Part shown: positions 12,655 to 26,307 of the stretch, in pieces
Layout: the number at the start of each line of letters is the position of its first letter
How positions within the stretch are numbered: the first letter of the stretch is position 1
Source of the DNA: Squalus acanthias
Taxonomy: Eukaryota
Reading direction: 5' to 3'
NCBI GenBank assembly: GCA_030390025.1
Contig: CM059438.1
Coordinates: 66,714,001-66,778,000, forward strand
Length of the DNA: 64,000 bases
Notes under the pieces: model-generated
Seen by the model: the letters and a program-made list of their open reading frames with translations, nothing else
Databases searched by the model: none
What the model was told of the DNA's origin: nothing
Made by a program: the position numbers and the translations under genes

Positions 12655-13429
12655 GGGGGAAATTTTAACCCCCAAAATGGATGGGTTGGGGTGGGGTGGA
12701 AGGTTGAAGTGTTAAAAAACTGAATCCTGACCACAACTCGCCTCCAACCCACCCACTTCCGGTTTTAACTGAGGCCGGATGGGGTGGGAGGGGGGGGGAG
12801 AGCGGGCAGCCAACACGCTCTCAGGAGGCGGGTCGTCCATTTAAATATTATAATGTGGCTGGCATGCCTTAGATTTAACCAGTATTCCAAATTTAGCTGT
12901 CGGGATTACCGAGGCCTGCGAAACCCGACAGCTAATGGAAGGCGAGGACTGCGGAATCCAGGAGGTAGGTGTCTTTACACTTACCTGCTGGATCCAGTGT
13001 CCCTGCCTCACCCACCTCCCGCGATCCCCCCATGAGGCCTCCAATCGCCTTCCGGGCCTCCCCCCCCACCCCCGCACTGATAATCTTCAGGCCGGCCTCG
13101 AAGTTCTCTCCCTTCCCCCCCTCTGCCGATGCTCAAGTCCGGTCCTCGATGTTCTCTCCCTCCCCCCTGATGATTGAGGCCAACCCCCAGCCCCCACCCG
13201 ATCCCTGATCCCTCCCTCCCTCCCTCCTCTCTGCGGCCCAATGCCGCAGGCCTACCCACCCGCAGCCGGCCAGCCTCTCCATCTGGCTGGCTGCGGGTGG
13301 GAAACAGAGGTTTGAAATGCAAATCAGGGCCTGCCGTTAAATTTGGCAGGGCCTGTGGGAAACCCTAACCGCTTCCTAGCACACCCACCCCGCTTGCTCC
13401 CAACCCGCCCCCGGATTAAAATTCTGGCC
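12655..13429. mobile_element. Harbinger-type MITE
   Basis: Imperfect TIR GGGGGAAATTTTAACC / GGATTAAAATTCTGGCC; AAG TSD at 12652-12654 and 13430-13432. Confidence 0.7.
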
Positions 13430-14154
13430 AAGAAAACTACAGGGTATAAAATCTTTGCAGCTCTTCTTAGCAAATTAGTGAAAAACCAGCCTCTGCTAAA
13501 TTACATGGGATCATTCCGCTGTTGGCATCTAGTGGCAGAGTGAATAGGGAACTGAAGATTATGAAAGGTTCTTGGGTTACAGATGTGTCATTTCTCTGAT
13601 CCATTGAAGATTTGTACTTAACATGTACACCTCACAGCAAACCGTATGTTAATGGTTCCCGAGGTGAGTTAATTCTTGAAGGTGTACAGGTTCTTGACAT
13701 TCGATAAAGAACGAAAATCCATAATTTTTCTGTTCCATCACGAGCATTTCTTGACATACTAGTTGCAGACAACACCTTTGTCTACGTGGCTGGCCTCGGA
13801 GTTGACGTAAAAATACCCCTTCTCCTTCACTTGATATATAACCTGATTCATTCTGAATTAAAGCTCAGCGAGGCTTTGAAACAGACAAGCCATCTCAGAG
13901 CAGCCATTAGGGACTCCCACAGAAGCACCTGAACTGTCTTGATATCGCATTTTTAACTGAGATATAAAATGTGCACAATTCTCAGGACAAAACTGTATTT
14001 TCGTCATGCTCATCCCCTCTGTTAGCTTGCCCAGGTGATAGTCAATGTCAACAGACAGTTCATGGAGAACATTACAGATAAGCCTGACACTCGCTTCACT
14101 TGGCATCCAGGCATATACTTTTGAGCAGGAGTCACTGGATGTCAATCAGGAGTG

Positions 14155-14660
14155 AAAAGAAAAGAAAAAACTTACATTTATATAGCGGCTTTCACGACCT
14201 CAGGATGTCCCAAAGCACTTTACAGCCACTGAAGTACTTTTGAAGTGTAGTCACTGTTGTAATGTAGGAAACGCAGCAACCAATTTGCGCACAGCAAGGT
14301 CCCACAAACAACAATGTGAGAATGATCAGATAATCTGTTTTAGTGATGTTGGTTGAGGGATAAATATTGATCAGGAACTCCCCTGCTTTTCTTCGAGATA
14401 GTGCCATGGGATCTTTTCGGTCCGCCTGAGAGGGCAGATGGGCCTCTGTTTAATGTCTCTTCCGTAAGCTGGCACCTCCGACAGTGCAGCACTCCCTCCA
14501 ACCCCAGCCGATAAATACTGAGGCCAATTGTAGCACCCTTATTGGCACCCTGAATGTGATGACCTAAATCAGCACAATCCATTGACTGACTCTTGGAACT
14601 TTTCGGGTCTGTTGTGCTCAGTTCCACATTGGACAGTGCACTTATCAACTGAGGCACTGG
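14155..14660 (-). mobile_element. DeuSINE/SacSINE-like tRNA-SINE, near full length
   Basis: 3' tail, central ttagtgatgttggttgagggataaatattg block and ctgagagggcag region. Confidence 0.75.
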
Positions 14661-14789
14661 AGTCCTAAAGTAGCTTGATGGTCAACTTGGATTGCCCATT
14701 GCAAAGATGGGGCAAGGGGTGCAAATCGTAAATCATTGAAGAACATTATCACATCTGATCATGGTATTTACTTTTGGACTTTTTTATGC

Positions 14790-14915
14790 ACATACTTGAA
14801 AAGGAAAGATTTGCAGGGCTATGGAGAAAAAGCAGGGGGGAGTGGGACTAATGGGACAGCTCTTTCAAAGAGCCGGCACAGGCACGATGGGCCAAATGGC
14901 CCCCTTTCTATGGTG
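14790..14915 (+). mobile_element. CR1 3' end fragment
   Basis: ttgcagggctatggagaaaaagcaggg..gagtgggacta matches 24381-24480. Confidence 0.75.
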
Positions 14916-16390
14916 TAAGACGAAAGAGCTATAGAAAACAAGTTGTTGTTGTTGTACTGATGCTATTTGCCAGCAGTATTCGGCAAGGTAAAATCTAGCT
15001 CTTTATAGCCACGAGATTACTGAACGTGACAGCTAATACTGTAGTTGTCAGGTCTTCATTCATGTATTGCCGCTATAATAAATAGAAATCTGATGTTCTC
15101 TCTCAGGGAGCAGCGTTTTGAAAAGAAAATGAGAAAACTTGCAGGTGTGATTCTTCTAAGCAAGTTCTAAAGTTGTTTATTCGCATTGCCCTCCTGCAAA
15201 GTCTCAGGAGCTCTGAGATATGTATTTTCAAACCGGCAAACATCCTGGGATTTGACATAATTATAATTTGCAACTTGAAATTATGGCTGGTTCTAACAAA
15301 TAGCATTGGGTCAAGCAAGCTAATTGTGTATTATTGATGATACAAAGTGGCCCTAAGAGGTTTGCAGACTGTGATGTTAGATTCTTGCAAATCTTACAGT
15401 TCTTTAAAAAAGTTTTTGTCATCTGTACTGTTGACTTTGATGAAATCAGTGTGCATGAAACATTTCTACCTAGGCAGCGTACAGTGCCATTCTGCTATGC
15501 CATGTTATGGAGTGATGCGAGCTGGATGAGAAGTTGGGCCAAGGCCCCATTCTGCTTCTTCCAATCGTTCAAGGGGCCTGGCAGAAAGTGGGTGTGCAAG
15601 TAAAACATGAGAGGGGAGATTTTTAATGTTTGTTTTCTTGTAACTTTGGTCATTTATAAATTCCAACTGAATGTCGGTAGTCCACAGTCGGTCAACTTAG
15701 CGTTGCCACATACAAAAAATAGACAGTTGGCCGTACAAAGCCAGGACTATAGTTTGAGGTCTCAGGGTTTTTTGCTGATTATGCAAACTCATGGAAAACC
15801 TGAATCTCTTAGCTCCCTCAATGGTTTGGTCAGTAAAATTACCACCTGATACTGTACTAGGCCACATAGACCATAAGGTCCCAAGTTCGAGAACGTATCT
15901 GTGCTAAGTTAGCTGATCTGAGCTAAGTTGGAGCAGGACAATTTCCCTTAGTAGCTGGAAGGAGGAAAAAAATCATCCAGGATTCCCATTTCTGATTGCC
16001 ACTGGGTCGTTCCTGCCAGAAAGTACATGTGTGTGGACTTGTGGTGAGGACATGTTTGGGTTTTATTGTGGTAAGGCCCATAGTTGATAGAGCGCGGATC
16101 CGAGTGGGAGCGGCGGCAGTGGCAGCGGCATAAAGGAAGCTGAGCGGCAATTCAAAAAAAACACAAAGAGTGACGTCACAGGATAGCTCGTAACTGATTG
16201 GTTGGAAAAGGTCACACCGTTTTTGTTTCTCTTTAGTTAGGGGCCGGGGTTAAATAGTTGGTATGGGATAAAGCAGGAGCTTGGAGATTAGCAACTGTTA
16301 ATACTGTATTAAATTAGTAACTAACTTGATTTAGATACATCTTAGTCTTAAGTTTCTGTAAAGTTAGTTAATAGTCGAATAAATAAAGGC

Positions 16391-17340
16391 ATGGCAGGGC
16401 AGCTCGGTCCAGTGGAATGCACACCCTGTGCCATGTGGTAACGCCAGGATGCTTCCCGTGTCCTGGACAACCATGTGTGCAGGAGGTGTCATCAGCTGGA
16501 GGAGCTCGAGCTTCGGGTTTCGGAGCTTGAGCAGCAGCTGGCGTCATTGCGGTGCATCTGCGAGGCTGAGAGCTACGTGGATAGCATGTTTCAGGAGGTG
16601 GTCACCCCACAGCTAAGGAGTGCGCAGGCAGAGAGGTAATAGGTGACCGCTAGACAGAAGAGGAGGAACAGGCAGGCAGTGCAGGAGTCCCCTGAGTGCA
16701 TCTCGCTCTCCAACCAGTAATCAGGACTGAGTACTGGTGAGGGCGATGGTTCCTCTGGGGAGTGCAGCCAGAACCAATTCCATGGTACCCTGAATGGCTC
16801 AGCTATACAGGTGGGTGGGTGGGGGGGGGCGGGGGGGGCGGTGGTGGGGGGGGGGGGGCCGGAGGTGGGTAGGAGGAAGATGGGGAAAGCAATAGTGATA
16901 GGAGATTCAATAGTTAGGGGAGCAGACAGGCGTTTCTGCGGCCACAGACGTGATTCCAGGATGGTATGTTGCTTCCCTGGTGCCAGGGTTAAGGATGTCA
17001 CGAGTGGCTGTAGAACATTCTGAGGGGGGAAGGTGAACAGCCAGAGGTCGTGGTCCATATTGGTATCACCAACATAGGTAGAAAGAGGGATGAGGTCCTC
17101 CAGTCAGATTACTCCCAGCGCCACGAGCTAGTGAGTATAAAAATAGGAGGATAGAACAGATGAATGTCGTGGCTGGAGAGATGGTGCAGGAGGGAGGGCT
17201 TTATATTCCTGGGACATTGGGGATGGTGGGACCTGTACAGGCCGAACGGGTTGCACCTCAACAGAGCCGGGATTAATATCCTAATGGGGAGTTTTGCTAG
17301 TGCTGTTGGGGAGGGTTTAAGCTAAGTTGGCAGGGGGATG
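16391..17340 (+). pseudogene. CR1 ORF1 (zinc finger, coiled coil, SGNH esterase-like domain), disrupted
   Basis: MAGQLGPVECTPC..., IVIGDSIVRG, CFPGARVKDV; in-frame stops. Confidence 0.8.
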
Positions 17341-18087
17341 GGCACCAGGATGTAGCATTAGAAAGGAGAAACAAAGGGCACAAAGGATTGGGAGAGACGG
17401 ATAGGTTTACAGTGCATGTCTGTGAACGCACGAAGCATAGTAAGCAAGGTTGTTGAGTTGCAGGCACAAATAGCCACATGGGAATATGATGTCGTGGCAA
17501 TAATGGAGGCCTGGCTCAAAAAAGGGCAGGATTGGGTATTAAATATTCCTGGATATAAGGGGCTGGATTTTGCCAGCCCCGAGGAGGCGGGTTTGAAGGC
17601 GGGTCAGGTGGGAAAGTTGCAAAAAAATGGCGGCGAGCTCCGATCCCGCCTTCAAGCCGCCTCTGCGCAACTTTCCCAAATGCGGGCTTGCAGACTCCAT
17701 TTCGGTCCTGCCTCCAAGCGGCAGGATAGGCCCTTAAGGCACTTAACTACCACTTAACGACCTCTATAATCCCATTTTGAGAGGCCTTTCAGAGTTTACC
17801 ACATTTCCCGCGTGCTGCACGTCTCCCCTGGAACACGCCAGCTAATCCTGTCTGGTTCACAAGTGGCTGGCTTACTAACAGCTGCAGCTCCACCATAAAA
17901 ACGGAGTTTTCCACAATGATCATTTGCAGGTGGCAGAACTTTCTTTTCTCAGGTCTTGGAGAACTTTTTGCAGGTCTGCTGATTTTGGAAGTGTTGAAGC
18001 TGAGATCCATCTCCACTGTGGCCTCCTGGGAAAACCCTCTCCCCACCTTGACTGAGCGCTTCCTCAACTTAGGTATATACCTGCAGC

Positions 18088-19355
18088 ATGAGAACCATTT
18101 ATTTCCTTTCCTCCTGGACTTTAGATTTGGACGAAGACCAGCCGCGGCAGCAGCAGAACCCGGAACAACAGCAGCACCAACAGCAGCAGCAACAACAGGA
18201 GCGCCAACCTGCTGCTCACCCACCTGAAGCTGCACAGGCCAGAAGGCGCCAGCGCAGGGAAGCACATCGCCACAGGAGATACCTCCAAAACAGGGTTTAC
18301 AGACAGAGGATGAGCTACCTCAGCATGAGTGAGCAGCAGTGCCAAAGGACGCTGAGACTTTCGCGAGAGGTAGTCGCTGACATCTGCACAATGCTGCACC
18401 AACACCTGGAGCCCAGAGGAGCGGGTGGACACCCCTTACCAGTGGCCGTAAAAGTCACCACCGCACTCAACCTTTTTGCTTCAGGCTCATTCCAGGGATC
18501 AACAATAGACATCAGCGGCATCTCCCAGGCGGCCGCACACACTTGCATCACGCAGGTTACCGATGCCCTCTTTGCAAGGGCGCACAATTACATCAACTTC
18601 TCCAAGGATCAAGCAAGTATAACCGCGCATGCGGTTGAATTTGCTAATCTGGCAGGCTTTCCAAGGGTGCAGGGCATCGTAGACTGCACACATGTGGCCC
18701 TTAAGGCACCCCATCACAATCCAGGTCTTTTTGTCAACCGCAAGGGCTTCCACTCCCTCAACGTGCAGCTGGTGTGTAACCACAATGAGGAAATTTTGCA
18801 TGTTTGCGCCAAGTACCCTGGCAGTTGCCATGACTCCTTCATCCTGCGCCAGTCTAGTGTGCCTCCGCTCTTCAGTCCGCCAAACTAACTTTGCGGATGG
18901 CTACTTGGAGACAAGGGCTATCCCCTGAAGACGTGGCTAATGATGCCATTCAGGAGGCCATCCAACGAAGCTGAGGAGCGCTACAACTCCAGCCACATTT
19001 CCACCAGATCCATTATCGAGCAAACCATCGGCTTGCTGAAGATGTGATTCAGATGCCTTGATAGATCAGGTGGAGCCCTGCTGTACTCAGCAGACAGGGT
19101 CTCCAGAATCGTCGTGGTCTGCTATGCACTTCACAACATGGCACAGCATCGTGGCTTGCAGCTGCCTAAGGAACAAGTGGCTCAGCGAATAGCCTCCTCA
19201 GATGAGGATGAGGATGAGGAGGAGGAATAGGACACGGATGAGGAGGATAGCGAGAACGTAGACCTTGTGGAGGTGCATCAACCAGCGGCAGCAGCATGCG
19301 AGAACATTGCTGCCCGGGATGGCAGGGATGCACTCATCTTGGCCAGATTTGCTTC
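18088..19355 (+). pseudogene. Harbinger (HARBI1-like) DDE transposase with nonsense mutations
   Basis: [54 protein letters not shown]; stops at 18886 and about 19045. Confidence 0.92.
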
Positions 19356-19614
19356 GGCTGCCCAATCAAACACATTTGGCTCACACCTTCTTACCACACT
19401 ATCGACAATGGACAAGAACCTAGGGCTTCCTATCATTCTGACCACCATACTGACAAATCCAAGTTGCCCTGAGCCCTCAATGTGGAAGTCCCATTTGCGA
19501 AATGACACAGCCCACAACTTCAACAGTTTGCCATCAATTAATTTTATAACATTCAGTAAAGGATGGCATTTCACAATTAAACACAACAGAACACCCAAGT
19601 GACTACCCTTGTGT

Positions 19615-21585
19615 CTATTTGTGCTTTATCTTCCTCTTACGCGTGCTCCTACGTGGTGCTTCCCCTGTGGCTTCAGCAGATGTGGAGGCCCCTTGCTCAC
19701 GTTCATGCTGCTCCTGCCTCAACAACTTTGGCGGACGTCCTCTTGAGTTGCGAGCCTGTGAGGGCTCGCCAACAGTCTGCTGCTCCTGTGGCTGTGCAGG
19801 GGATGAGATGTCCATCTCAGTAGGGTGAGGACTCTGGTGGGGCTCTGACTGAGGGTTCCGCAGTGGCATGGGAGTGTGAGCGCTTGGAGAGGAGCCCCCA
19901 CTTCCTTGTTGTCTGCCACCAACATCCCTCTCATGGGTCAGTCCCAATTCAGAGCTAGCAACTGGCTTGACAGCACCTTGCTTCACTTCAAGGGGGGCCA
20001 CGAGGACCCGTTTCTGCACTGGCAGTCCTATTCCAGAGGAGTTCCATGAAGCTCTGGTTTCACTGCTCAATAGCTGACCATCGCTCCTCCAGAGATGTCA
20101 GTCTATTCTGAACAATGACCATGTTTTCAAGATGCTGGCGACTTAGCTCCGCCATGGCCATAGCCATCCTTACCACGGAGGTAGCCATCCTTTCCACGGA
20201 GGTTGCCATCCTTTCCGTGGTGATGCGTTCATACGCCAATGCCTCCACAAAGGCTCTGCTCATGTTCGCGATGGACTCCTCCATCCTCTCCACACTCGCA
20301 GTGACTCTGGAGACAAAACCTGCCAGAGACTCCTGTACCTGTTCCTGGAGTTCCAGCACCGCTCTCCTTCTGGATGGACCCGGAGGCACAGGGTCGACAT
20401 GCAGCTGAGCTGAGCTAGGAGTGCCCTGCGGCCTCCGACGAGGACTCTCCACTACTGTCCCTGTCTCCACCATCTGCTGATGCTCACTTGTGAGCTGTGA
20501 TACACCAGGTGACAACACTACTCTATGTCCCGAAGGTCCCACCGAGGTGTGAGTGTCTGCGCTGGTGCTGGGTGCGCTTAATTCTGGTGACGCTGCGCCC
20601 TCAGAGGTTGCAGCTTCCTCTGAGGAGTCTTCTGGCTCAGGCTGTTCCTCCTGGACAGTGGGGACGGGGGCTGTCGATGGTCCTGTGGGGGAGTAAAGGC
20701 ATGAGTTAGACATGTGAGATAAACGTTGCATGCACAGTGTGCAGATGATCATAAGTCAATCTGTTAGAGCATCAGAATCAATATCAGTCACTCATGCAAT
20801 GTAAATGAGAGAGATGCAAAATTATTCTGTCACCAGCTTGCTCTGATGCGCCAGTCTGTCTGTCCCCCACTTGCACTTCCCCCTCGGCTCCCACGATCTC
20901 GAGGGCCACCTCCTCAGCGCTGGTGAGCTGGGCTATTGAGGGTGGCCCTCCTCCTGTCTTCGCCCTTTCCCTCTTATTGTGTGCTCTGTTTTCCTACAAT
21001 GAGAGACACAAGTGGAGTTTGAGTGAGAATGATGGAGTGAGTGTAGAGAATGGATGCTTAGAAGGACACAAAGATGGAGTGAGGTCCCAAGACCAAGGGC
21101 CCTCCCTGTGTGTTGTAAGTTGTTGTCATAGCATAACAGTGATAGGGAGTGCAAGGCCAGCATAGTCGAATAGTTAAGTGAATGTGTACATAGAGAGAGA
21201 GGGAGTGGTTAAGGGAGAGACGGAGTGGTTAAGGGTGCAAGGGATGTAAGGGTTAAGTGGGATGTGGAGGAGGAGGTTGACAATGCAGAGTGCTGGTGAT
21301 GAGAGGCGATGAGGAGCAGATTGAGGGTCATGGTGATGTCATACTCACTTTTCCTGTGCGGAGAAGGTCATTAAACCTCTTTCGGCACTGCAGCCAGGTT
21401 CTGCTGCACATTGATCTCGAACTGACCTCCTATGCCACTTGCAGCCACACAGCTTTTGTCTGCTGGGGAGGTTTATTCCTCCCTGAAGGAAACAAAACCT
21501 CTTTCTGAGCTCTGGCTCCCTCCACCAGAGCATGGAGGGAGTCCTCATCAAAGCGGGGTGTGGACTTGGACCTTGAAGTTGACAT
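19615..21585 (-). pseudogene. Harbinger Myb/SANT-like DNA-binding protein, probably 3 exons
   Basis: Exon 1 MSTSRSKSTPRF...RTWLQCRKRFNDLLRTGK|GTGAGT (donor 21348); exon 2 ENRAHNKRERAKTGGGPP; exon 3 low-complexity/coiled coil ending RRSTRKRKIKHK. Confidence 0.8.
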
Positions 21586-24500
21586 CTCCGCAGCACAAAT
21601 CCCTTAGAAGAATCCCACATAAATGTTCTAAGGCATAAAAGGAACCAAGGCTGCTTGCAGGCCTTAAATGCAGCTGCATAAATGACATCATCAGAGGCGA
21701 GTTTCAGGACCAAAAGACTCAGTGGGCCAGGGGCTCGCACACGCTGGGAATCAATTGCCCAATTAGGGCAAAATCGCTAAATTATCCCGCCAGATATCGG
21801 AGGTGAGAGCGGGAACCGCCGACCACCTGACCTGTCCCCAACCCGCCCCCAATGGCAAAATCCAGCCCAAGGTGTTCAGGAAAGATAGGGAAGGAAAGAT
21901 AGGAGGTGGTGTGGCAGTATTGGTTAAGGAGAACGTTACAGTGCTGGAGAGAAAAGATGTCCTGGAGAGGTCAAGGACAGAATCTATATGGCTAGAGTTA
22001 AGAAATAATAGAGGTGCCATTACACTACTCGGGGTATTCTATAGGCAAATTTGCAGAGAAATTACAGAGAGATGCAAGAACTATAGAGTAGTGATAATAG
22101 GGGACTTCAACTATTCTAATATAGACTGGGATAGTAATAGTGTAAAGGGCAGAGAGGGGGAAGAATTTTTGAAGTGTGTTCAGGAGAACTTTCTTGATCA
22201 GTATGTTTCCAGCCCAACGAGGAAGGAGGCATTGCTGGGTCTGGTTCTGGGGAATGAGGTAGATCAAGTGGAGCAAGTGTCAGTAGGTAAACATTTAGGG
22301 AACAGTGATCATTGTATCATAAGGTTTAGATTAGCTATGGAAAAGGACAGGGAGCAATCTAGAGTGAAAATACTTAATTGGAGGAAGGCAAATTTCAGTG
22401 GGTTGAGAACGGATCTGGCCCGGGTAAATTGGAATCAAAGATTGGCAGGCAAAACTGTAATGGAACAATGGGCTGCCTTTAAAGAGGAGATGGTTCGGGT
22501 ATAGTCGAGGTACATTCCCACTAGTGGGAAAGATAGGGCAACTAAGAGCAGAGCTCCCTGGATGATGAAAGTGATAGAGAGTAAGATGAAACAGAAAAGG
22601 AGCGTGTATGACAGATGTCAGGTTGAGAATACATCTGAGAATCAGGCTAAATATAGAAAGTTCAGAGGAGAAGTGAAAAAGAAAATAAGAGGGGCAAAGA
22701 GAGGGTAGGAGAATAGAATGGCAGCTAACATAAAAGGTAATCCAAAAGTTTTCTATAGGCATATAAATAGTAAATTAGGGACCAAAATGGAGACCTACGC
22801 ATGGAGGCAGAGGGTATGGCTGAGGTACTAAATGAGTACTTTGCATCTGTCTTCACCAAGGAAGAAGATGCTGCCATAGACATAGTGAAGGAGGAGGTAG
22901 TGGAGATGCTGGATGGGATAAAAATTGATAAAGAGGAGGTACTAGAAAGGCTGGCTGTACTTAAAGTAGATAAGTCACCAGGACTGGATGGGATGCATCC
23001 TAGGACGCTGAGGGAAGTGAAGAAAGAAATCGCGGATGTACTGGCCATAATCTTCCAATCCTCCTTAGAAACGGGGGTGGTGCCAGAGGACTGGGGAATT
23101 GCAAATGTTACACCCTTGTTCAAAAAAAGGTGTAAAGATAAACCCAGCAACTACAGGCCAGTCAGTTTAACCTCGGTAGTCGGGAAGCTTTTAGACACAA
23201 TAATCAGGGACAAAATTAACAGTCACTTGGACAAGTACAGATTAATTAAGGAAAGCCAGCACGGATTTGTTAAAGGCAAATCGTGTTTAACCAACTTGAT
23301 CGAGTTTTTTGATGAGGTAACAGAGAGGGTTGATGAGGGCATTGCGGTTGACGTGATGTACATGGATTTCCAAAAGGCATTCGACAAAGTGCCACATAAT
23401 AGGCTTGCCAGCATTGTTGAAGCCCATGGAATAAAAGGGACAGTGGCAGCATGGATATGAAATTGGTCAAGTGACAGGAAACAGAGAGTAGTGGTGAATG
23501 GCTGTTTTTCAGACTGGAGGAAGGTATACAGTGGTGTTCCCCAGGGGTCGGTTCTAGGACCACTGCTTTTCTTGATATGTATTAATGACTTGGATGTGGG
23601 TGTACATTTACAGATGACACAAAACTTGGAAGTATAGTGAACAGTGAGGAGGATAGTGATAGATTTCAAGAGGACGTGTGGCAGATGAAATTTAACGCAG
23701 AAAAGTGCAAAGTGATACATTTTGGTAGGAAGAATGAGGAGAGGAAATATAAACTAAAGGGTACAATCCTAAAGGGGGTGCATGAACAGAGAGACCTGGG
23801 GGTATATGTGCACAAATCGTTGAAGGTGGCAGGGCAGGTTGCGAAAGCAGTTAATAAAGCATACGGGATCCTGGGCTTCATAAATAGAGGTATAGAGTAC
23901 AAAAGTGTGGAAATTATGATGAACCTGTATAAAACACTGGTTTGGCCTCAACTGGAGTATTGTGTCCAATTCTGGGCACCACACTTTAGGAAGGATGTGA
24001 AGGCCTTAGAGAGGGTACAGAAAAGATTTACGAGAATGATTCCAGGGATGAGGGACTTCAGTTACGTTGATAGACTGGAGAAGCTGGGGTTGTTCTCCTT
24101 ACAGCAGAGAAGGTTGAGAGGAGATTTGATGGAGGTGTTCAAAATCTTGAGGGGTCTAGACAGAGTAGATAGAGAGAAACTGTTCCCATTGGCAGAAGGG
24201 TCGAGAACCAGAGGACACAGATTTAAGGTGATTGGCAGAAGAATCAAAGGCGACATGAGGAAAAAATGTTTTACTCAGCGAGTGGTTAGGCTCTGGAATG
24301 CACTGCCTGAAAGGGTGGTGGAGGCAGACTCAATCACGGCTTTCAAAAGGGAGTTGGATAAGTACCTGAAGAAAAAAAAATTGCAGGGCTACGGGGAAAG
24401 GGCGGGGGAGTGGGACTAGCTGAAGTGCTCTTGCAGAGAGCTGGCACGGGCTCGACGGGCCGAATGGCCTCCTTCCATGCTGTAACCATTCTATGATAGT

Positions 24501-25479
24501 TGAATAGCCAGCCAATACATCATGTCCAGGCTCACACATCAAGAATGGTCAAAGTTGTGGAAAGCTACCAGCAGCTGTAGAACTGTACTGTGGCAAGAAC
24601 TGGGGCTTTCAGGAGAGAAAGGGGAAGAACATTAGGGGAGGGTGTGGTGTATCAACACATCATAACATTCGCCCTAAGCTTGCTGGCTAAATAGGCAGGA
24701 AGTCTACATGCACAGAATGGAGTGGCAAGGACTTCAAGGGTTAATTATTTTTTTGGAAGACTTTTAACCAATTGCAATTCAAAACTGTGGCAAAGTGATG
24801 TGCGAAGCAGCCATTAAATTAATGTTTCCACACAGGCTTCACAGTGCTGAAGTCAATTATTAAGAAAGATTATTTTTAAATAAAAATTCAATCTCACTCT
24901 AATGCTTTGTGTCAGAGATTTGTCAGGTGATGAGCTTTCATTTTTTTTATGAGCCATCATCAGTAATTCAGTTGCTTGATTAGTTATTTTATATTAATTT
25001 CAGAACTTGTATTAAAGCTGTTTGTTCTAATTCGCCAGCCACCTCCACTCTTGTGTGTCGGTCACTTGACCAGTCCAAAAAAAAACATTTTCATTACTGA
25101 GCTCTGTTGGAAAAAGCTTATGGAATGCCAGCTCATCAAAACTAAATGACTGCAAGTGAAGTGGACTTTGAGCAGCCGCTGAGGGAAATGAATGGTGATA
25201 AAAGATATTATTAGCAATTGAGTCTGGTACATTTTATTTCCAATACTCACCAGTCAGAGTTTAGTATCCATAAATGTTTCAAATATAATGGACTATGACT
25301 ACACGGTACAGGGCTCTGGAGGAGCTCCAGTTGGAAGCCCAGTCCCCACTGGTATCTATCGATGATCTGCCGTCCGATGATGGGTTTGACGAACTTTTGC
25401 TGAGCCGTCTGGAAGAGGAGAGGAAGACTGCCACTGGACTTCCCTTGCTCTTCTGAATTTTCACCACAATGATACCAGA

Positions 25480-25885
25480 AATGAGAAGTTGTATTTATGA
25501 GGAAAGGCTTGAAGAATGAAGGCTGTTTTTTTCATTATTAGGGTGGAACAGATTAGGGGGGAATCACCAACAAAGGTTTTCACAATTCTGAAAGGTTTCA
25601 GAGGGTAATTTGTGAAAGGTTGTTTCCACTGGTTGGCACATCGGCAGCATTGACTCAGGATTATCACTGGAAGAATGATGGGAGAAGTCATAAGAATTTT
25701 CTTTCCACACAGAGCATCATTAGACATGGGATGTTTTGCACAAGTGTCTATTGAGACAGCAAGACCATTATGTAATTTAAAGAGGAGCCAGGTAAGTATT
25801 TGTAAAGAATGAATATAAAAAGATGTGGACAAAGAGTAGTGGAAAGGGAATGGTTTCCAAAATGTTCTGTAAATTCTCTGATCTT
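25480..25885 (+). mobile_element. Old CR1 3' fragment
   Basis: Degenerate match to the CR1 C-terminus (ttatgaggaaaggcttgaaga..., ttgtttccactgg, ttccacacagag). Confidence 0.55.
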
Positions 25886-26307
25886 TATGAATAAATATGG
25901 CTTCTAATGGACTGAAAGTTGTAAAGTTGACCAAGTGATGACTTTCAATTTGGCCAGGGAAGGTTGCTGGCTACTGTGAGGGACATAGCAGCAGTAGTAT
26001 AAGATAGATTCGGTCTTGACACCACTATGATTGCCATTGGTTTTTATTGATTTCCAATCCAAAGAATTAACAGACTTGCTATCTAAGCAAGAGCGTATAC
26101 GGAGATCTGAATCATATTACCCATTCGGTTCCTGGGCAGTGCGCGCAACATTCCTTTCCTTACCTCGATCGCCTTCGCTGGTCTCTGCACTAGATGCTTC
26201 TTCTTGTGTGTTTTTATAACCCTTTCAGTCACGCGTCCCCGAACCATCAAAACTGTCATGGTTAGCACCTTCACAGTTTTGCCTTCCCTTATCAGGCAGT
26301 GTGTATA

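Larger units (their letters stand above)
17560..21868 (+). mobile_element. Two-gene PIF/Harbinger DNA transposon (decayed autonomous copy)
   Basis: Perfect 16-bp TIR GGGCTGGATTTTGCCA / TGGCAAAATCCAGCCC; AAG TSD (17557-17559, 21869-21871); convergent transposase and Myb-like genes. Confidence 0.95.
17416..24419 (+). pseudogene. CR1 ORF2 (APE endonuclease + RT), disrupted
   Basis: VNARSI..DVVAIMEAWL, IIGDFNY, SDH, NYRPVSLTS, DFQKAFDKVPH, LEYCVQFW across ORFs 17416, 21803, 22801 and 23637. Confidence 0.9.
16088..24497 (+). mobile_element. Near full-length CR1 LINE interrupted by a Harbinger transposon
   Basis: GC-rich 5'UTR, ORF1, APE endonuclease, RT and attctatga tail; GYK|VFRKDR is continuous across the 17560-21868 insertion. 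Confidence 0.92.

Noticed and set aside
13560..15600. Possible host exons or pseudogene (ORFs 13858-14145, 15334-15603)
   Set aside because: No recognisable protein family, several stops in the extended frames and no convincing splice structure.
18088..19355. Domesticated host HARBI1 gene
   Set aside because: Flanked by TIRs and a TSD, inserted in a CR1 and carrying stop codons; it is a transposon copy.
25290..25456. Acidic coding-like stretch (LEELQLEAQSPL...LEEERK)
   Set aside because: Short, no recognisable homology and no clear splice sites.
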